A stretch of DNA of 64,000 nucleotides from the NCBI RefSeq assembly GCF_009914755.1, contig NC_060945.1. One strand, given 5' to 3'. Shown here piece after piece: positions 49,281 to 64,000 of this stretch. Within the stretch, counting starts at the first letter, position 1. Each line of letters opens with the position of its first letter. Position numbers and translations under genes: made by a program. This stretch comes from the human T2T-CHM13v2.0 reference genome, Homo sapiens. The notes below the pieces were generated by a model, which saw nothing but the letters and a program-made list of their open reading frames with translations, searched no databases and was not told the origin of the DNA.

Positions 49281-50885
49281 TAAAACTGCTTTTTTTTTAA
49301 AAAGCCTATTAAAAAAGAAAAAGTTGCGGAAGCCGGCTGCCTTTGGAAGCCCTTGGAGTATGCTGTTCAGGTGGTCTCTGCGCACAGGCCCTACCCAGGC
49401 CTCAGCTTGGCCTCCTGGACTTCCCAGCCTCCCCTCCACCTTTGCAATTCACCAGACTGGGGGCCAAAGCGGCTTCAAACGACCCTGGAGGGTGGTGCTT
49501 TCAAGGTCTTGGGACCACGGACTTGTCTGAAAATCCGAAGGCGTTGGATCTTCTCTTCCCCAGAAAAATGCACCCGCTTTCAGAGGTTCGTGTCCCACGC
49601 TTTTCTTTCTATCCCAACCTTGTAAGAAGCCGCCGCCGTGAGCGGAGCAGCACCTTCCTCCGCGGGTCGCGGGAGTCACCTACGGGAAGGGACTCTCCGT
49701 CTGGCACAGGCCCTGTCTGGCCTGGGGCGCGCATGCTCCGCCGCCGAATCTTCCAGAAAGCCGTGGACCCGAGGCCCCGGCAGACGCAGGCGGCCCAGCG
49801 CCTTGCTTTTGGCCCCTCGCCTCGCCCTGGAGCCCTCTCTCGCAAGGTAAGGGACTGCCGGGAACGCAGATCGCAAGCCGTCGGGGCTCTGTAGAACTCA
49901 GAGGCGCTCGGCGGAAAGCTCGCCAGGCGACCCAGACCCGAACCCGCGGGCTCCCCAAGACAACAGCGCCGGGCGGCCGGATGCACGTGCGTCCCGGGAA
50001 GGCGGGTTCAGCTGGCATCGCCTGGCCGGTTCCGTTCGCTCCTTAAACCACAAGACCCCCTTGGGGTCACGACGTTCCCGGGGCACCCCTGCACTCGCGC
50101 GCCAGCACTCCCGGAGGGGCCTGGGGAAGGCCACGCGCACGGAGAGCGGGAAACTCCTCTAGGTTTCCAGGTGGGAGATCCAGACCCTACTGAGACCCGG
50201 AAACCGCCGGCCACTCCGCCTCCGGAAGCGACACTTTGGGACAAAGCTGGGGACAAGTAAGCCCAGAAGATCCTCGGGAAGCCGAGAATTTCGCGCTCCG
50301 CTCTCCCACCCACGCTCCGCCTCCCGCTTGCATCCTACAGCTCAGCTGCGGTCTCGCCTGGGGCTCAGGGAAGTGAGGTCCCAGGAAAACCTCCATCCCC
50401 CGAACGCAACCTGGGCAGAGCCCCGCGTCCCTCCCCCAGCGGGCACCCACCTCGCGTGCCGCCCGCGCAACGACAGCGTTTACCGCCACCCCACACGGTC
50501 CGCCAAAAAGGGCGATTTGCAAACAGCCATTTCCCATCCACAATGCAGCGAACTCAATGCTGGGCACCGAAACGTGCATCTCCCCCGGATTCCCACCCCG
50601 CGTCCCTGCTCCACGCTCCAGGACTCGCCGCCAGTGGGGTCCACTCCGCCGGCGCGGGGGCTGGGGTGGGAGCCCGGGGCCACGTGCACGGCCAGCCCCC
50701 ATCTTCTGGGCGGTCAAGACCGCAGGCGTGGGCGCCGGTGGGGCGGGGGTCTTGGGAGACCCTGTCTCGCCGCCTTTCGGTGCAGATGATGCAACTCTGG
50801 GCGGAGGCGCGGAGAGGGAAACCGGGACCCAGTTGAGATCCTCTGTCCAGAGAGGGGAGCGAGTCTCGGTGGGGCCGGATCTCAC

Positions 50886-51060
50886 CTGGACGGATACATG
50901 GAAAAGAGGGGCGAGCGGCTGCCCCGACTGCGGCGAGGCGGAGACGGCGACCCCGGGGTGGCGGCCTCGCGGGGACCCACGGCGAGGGGAGCAGGCGGGC
51001 GGTGATTGGCGGAGAGGCGGGGGCGGAGGCCGGCGCCGGCCAATGTCTCGTGGCAGAGCA
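50886..51060 (-). other. CBS: CBS first exon -1b (5' end approximate)
   Basis: Donor TCCAG|gtgaga at 50886/50885 within the CpG island. Confidence 0.8.
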
Positions 51061-51340
51061 CCCGCCCGCCCAGCCCCTCCTCCACCCCACCCAGCCCGGG
51101 CCCCTCCCCCCCACCCCTTCCCCACCCCGCCGCAGCCTGGGACCCTCCGGCCTGCCCGACCCCCGCCCTCCCCGGGACCCCGGCATGCCCCCACCCCAGT
51201 CCGCCCGCCCCATTCCCACGCCCTGTTGATTCAACCGCAGACCCGGGTCGCCGCCCCCTCCCCCGCCTTCCTCTTCGCCTGAGCCCGCCCGCCCCGGGTT
51301 CCAGCCACCCCCACCCGCGGACCCCGGTGGTGTCTTCTAC

Positions 51341-51480
51341 CTGGTGTTCCGATGCTGTTTTACTTGGTTAACTTCTTGCCCTTCGGGAATTTAAGGAACC
51401 TTTACTGATGAGCTTGAAACGTGCGTCCTGGTGGGTGGGGGGCCCTGCGCGTCCTCGAGGACCGACCCCGAGGGCGTGTG
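51341..51480 (-). other. CBS: CBS alternative first exon -1a (5' end approximate)
   Basis: Donor ACCAG|gtagaa at 51341/51340; position upstream of -1b fits the known gene structure. Confidence 0.6.
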
Positions 51481-52069
51481 TCGCGGGCCCGGGAGGGGGC
51501 GCCGCGCCGGGGCGGGACTCGATGGCCGCGCTCTGTGGCCGCCGGACGCCGTGCGCAGCGCCCCGCGTGACCGCGCCCAGAGCCGGGTCCGAACCCCGAT
51601 CCGAGGCGCAGAACAGTCGCCTTGCGCGGCTCCGGTGCGGCCCACGGCCAGGGGCTGCCGGGCGCTCTCGGGGACGGGGCCGACTCCGCGCAGGGTGGTA
51701 GCAGGGGCGCCCCGCGGGGCTCCTTCGCCAGGTCCCGGAGGCCGCGGGCGGGGCCGTTTCCCAAACATCGTGCTCTGGACTTTCAGAGGCTGAACCTGAT
51801 CCCCCCGCCCTATGGCTAAATGGGGGATCCCAGGCCCCCGAGTCTCCCCCCGGACCTGCAGCGAAAGACACGGACGGTGCCCATCAGCTCTGGGCAGAGG
51901 AACGTGCTGCGCCTCCGCAGCGTCCCCGGCTCAGGTCAGAGCGATGCTCCGCAGCCTCCTCCGGCCCGCGCAGCTCCGCCGGGGTCTCTGCCACGTGGGG
52001 CTCACAGTAGGGGAGGGAGTGAGACGTGAATTAGAATTAAATGTCCACTGGCAGGAACTGACACGAAGA

Positions 52070-52790
<721 letters not shown>

Positions 52791-52828
52791 TACTTTTTAA
52801 TTTTTTAGAAATTTTAACGTAATTTTAG

Positions 52829-64000
<11,172 letters not shown>

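Larger units (their letters stand above)
49620..52000. promoter_or_regulatory. CBS CpG-island, TATA-less promoters (-1b and -1a)
   Basis: Very GC- and CpG-rich. GC boxes (e.g. 51020-51028), CCAAT motifs (51005-51009 on -, 51040-51044 on +), CACGTG at 50681. Confidence 0.9.

Noticed and set aside
50187-51282. 335/241/226-aa G/P/R/A-rich ORFs
   Set aside because: Stop-codon depletion in a CpG island, with no recognisable domain.

Overview
Human genomic DNA from the chr21q22.3 PKNOX1-CBS locus (recognised from the proteins encoded). It holds two convergent genes. The + strand carries the last two coding exons and the long 3'UTR of PKNOX1 (PREP1, TALE homeodomain), about 3.7-8.65 kb. The - strand carries the complete CBS (cystathionine beta-synthase) gene, about 28.3-51.5 kb. 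I resolved 15 constitutive CBS coding exons with GT-AG boundaries; they sum to 1656 nt (551 aa + stop). CBS also has a 42-nt cassette exon, a 214-nt 3'UTR intron, 5'UTR exons 0, -1b and -1a, and a CpG-island promoter. The rest is Alu-dense with old L1, MaLR/ERV LTR and Tigger remnants, and most ORFs in the supplied track are Alu or GC-rich noise. I found no new gene system. The most notable structures are: (1) a ~98% identical 311-bp non-Alu inverted repeat downstream of PKNOX1; (2) the CBS 31-bp VNTR (18 units), a ladder of donor sites that is open in the CBS frame; (3) an L1-derived CBS 5'UTR exon carrying coupled uORFs and a hairpin; (4) a 137-bp Alu-monomer tandem triplication; (5) an Alu with a 40-bp target-site duplication. 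Repeat family names come from memory of consensus sequences and their boundaries are approximate.
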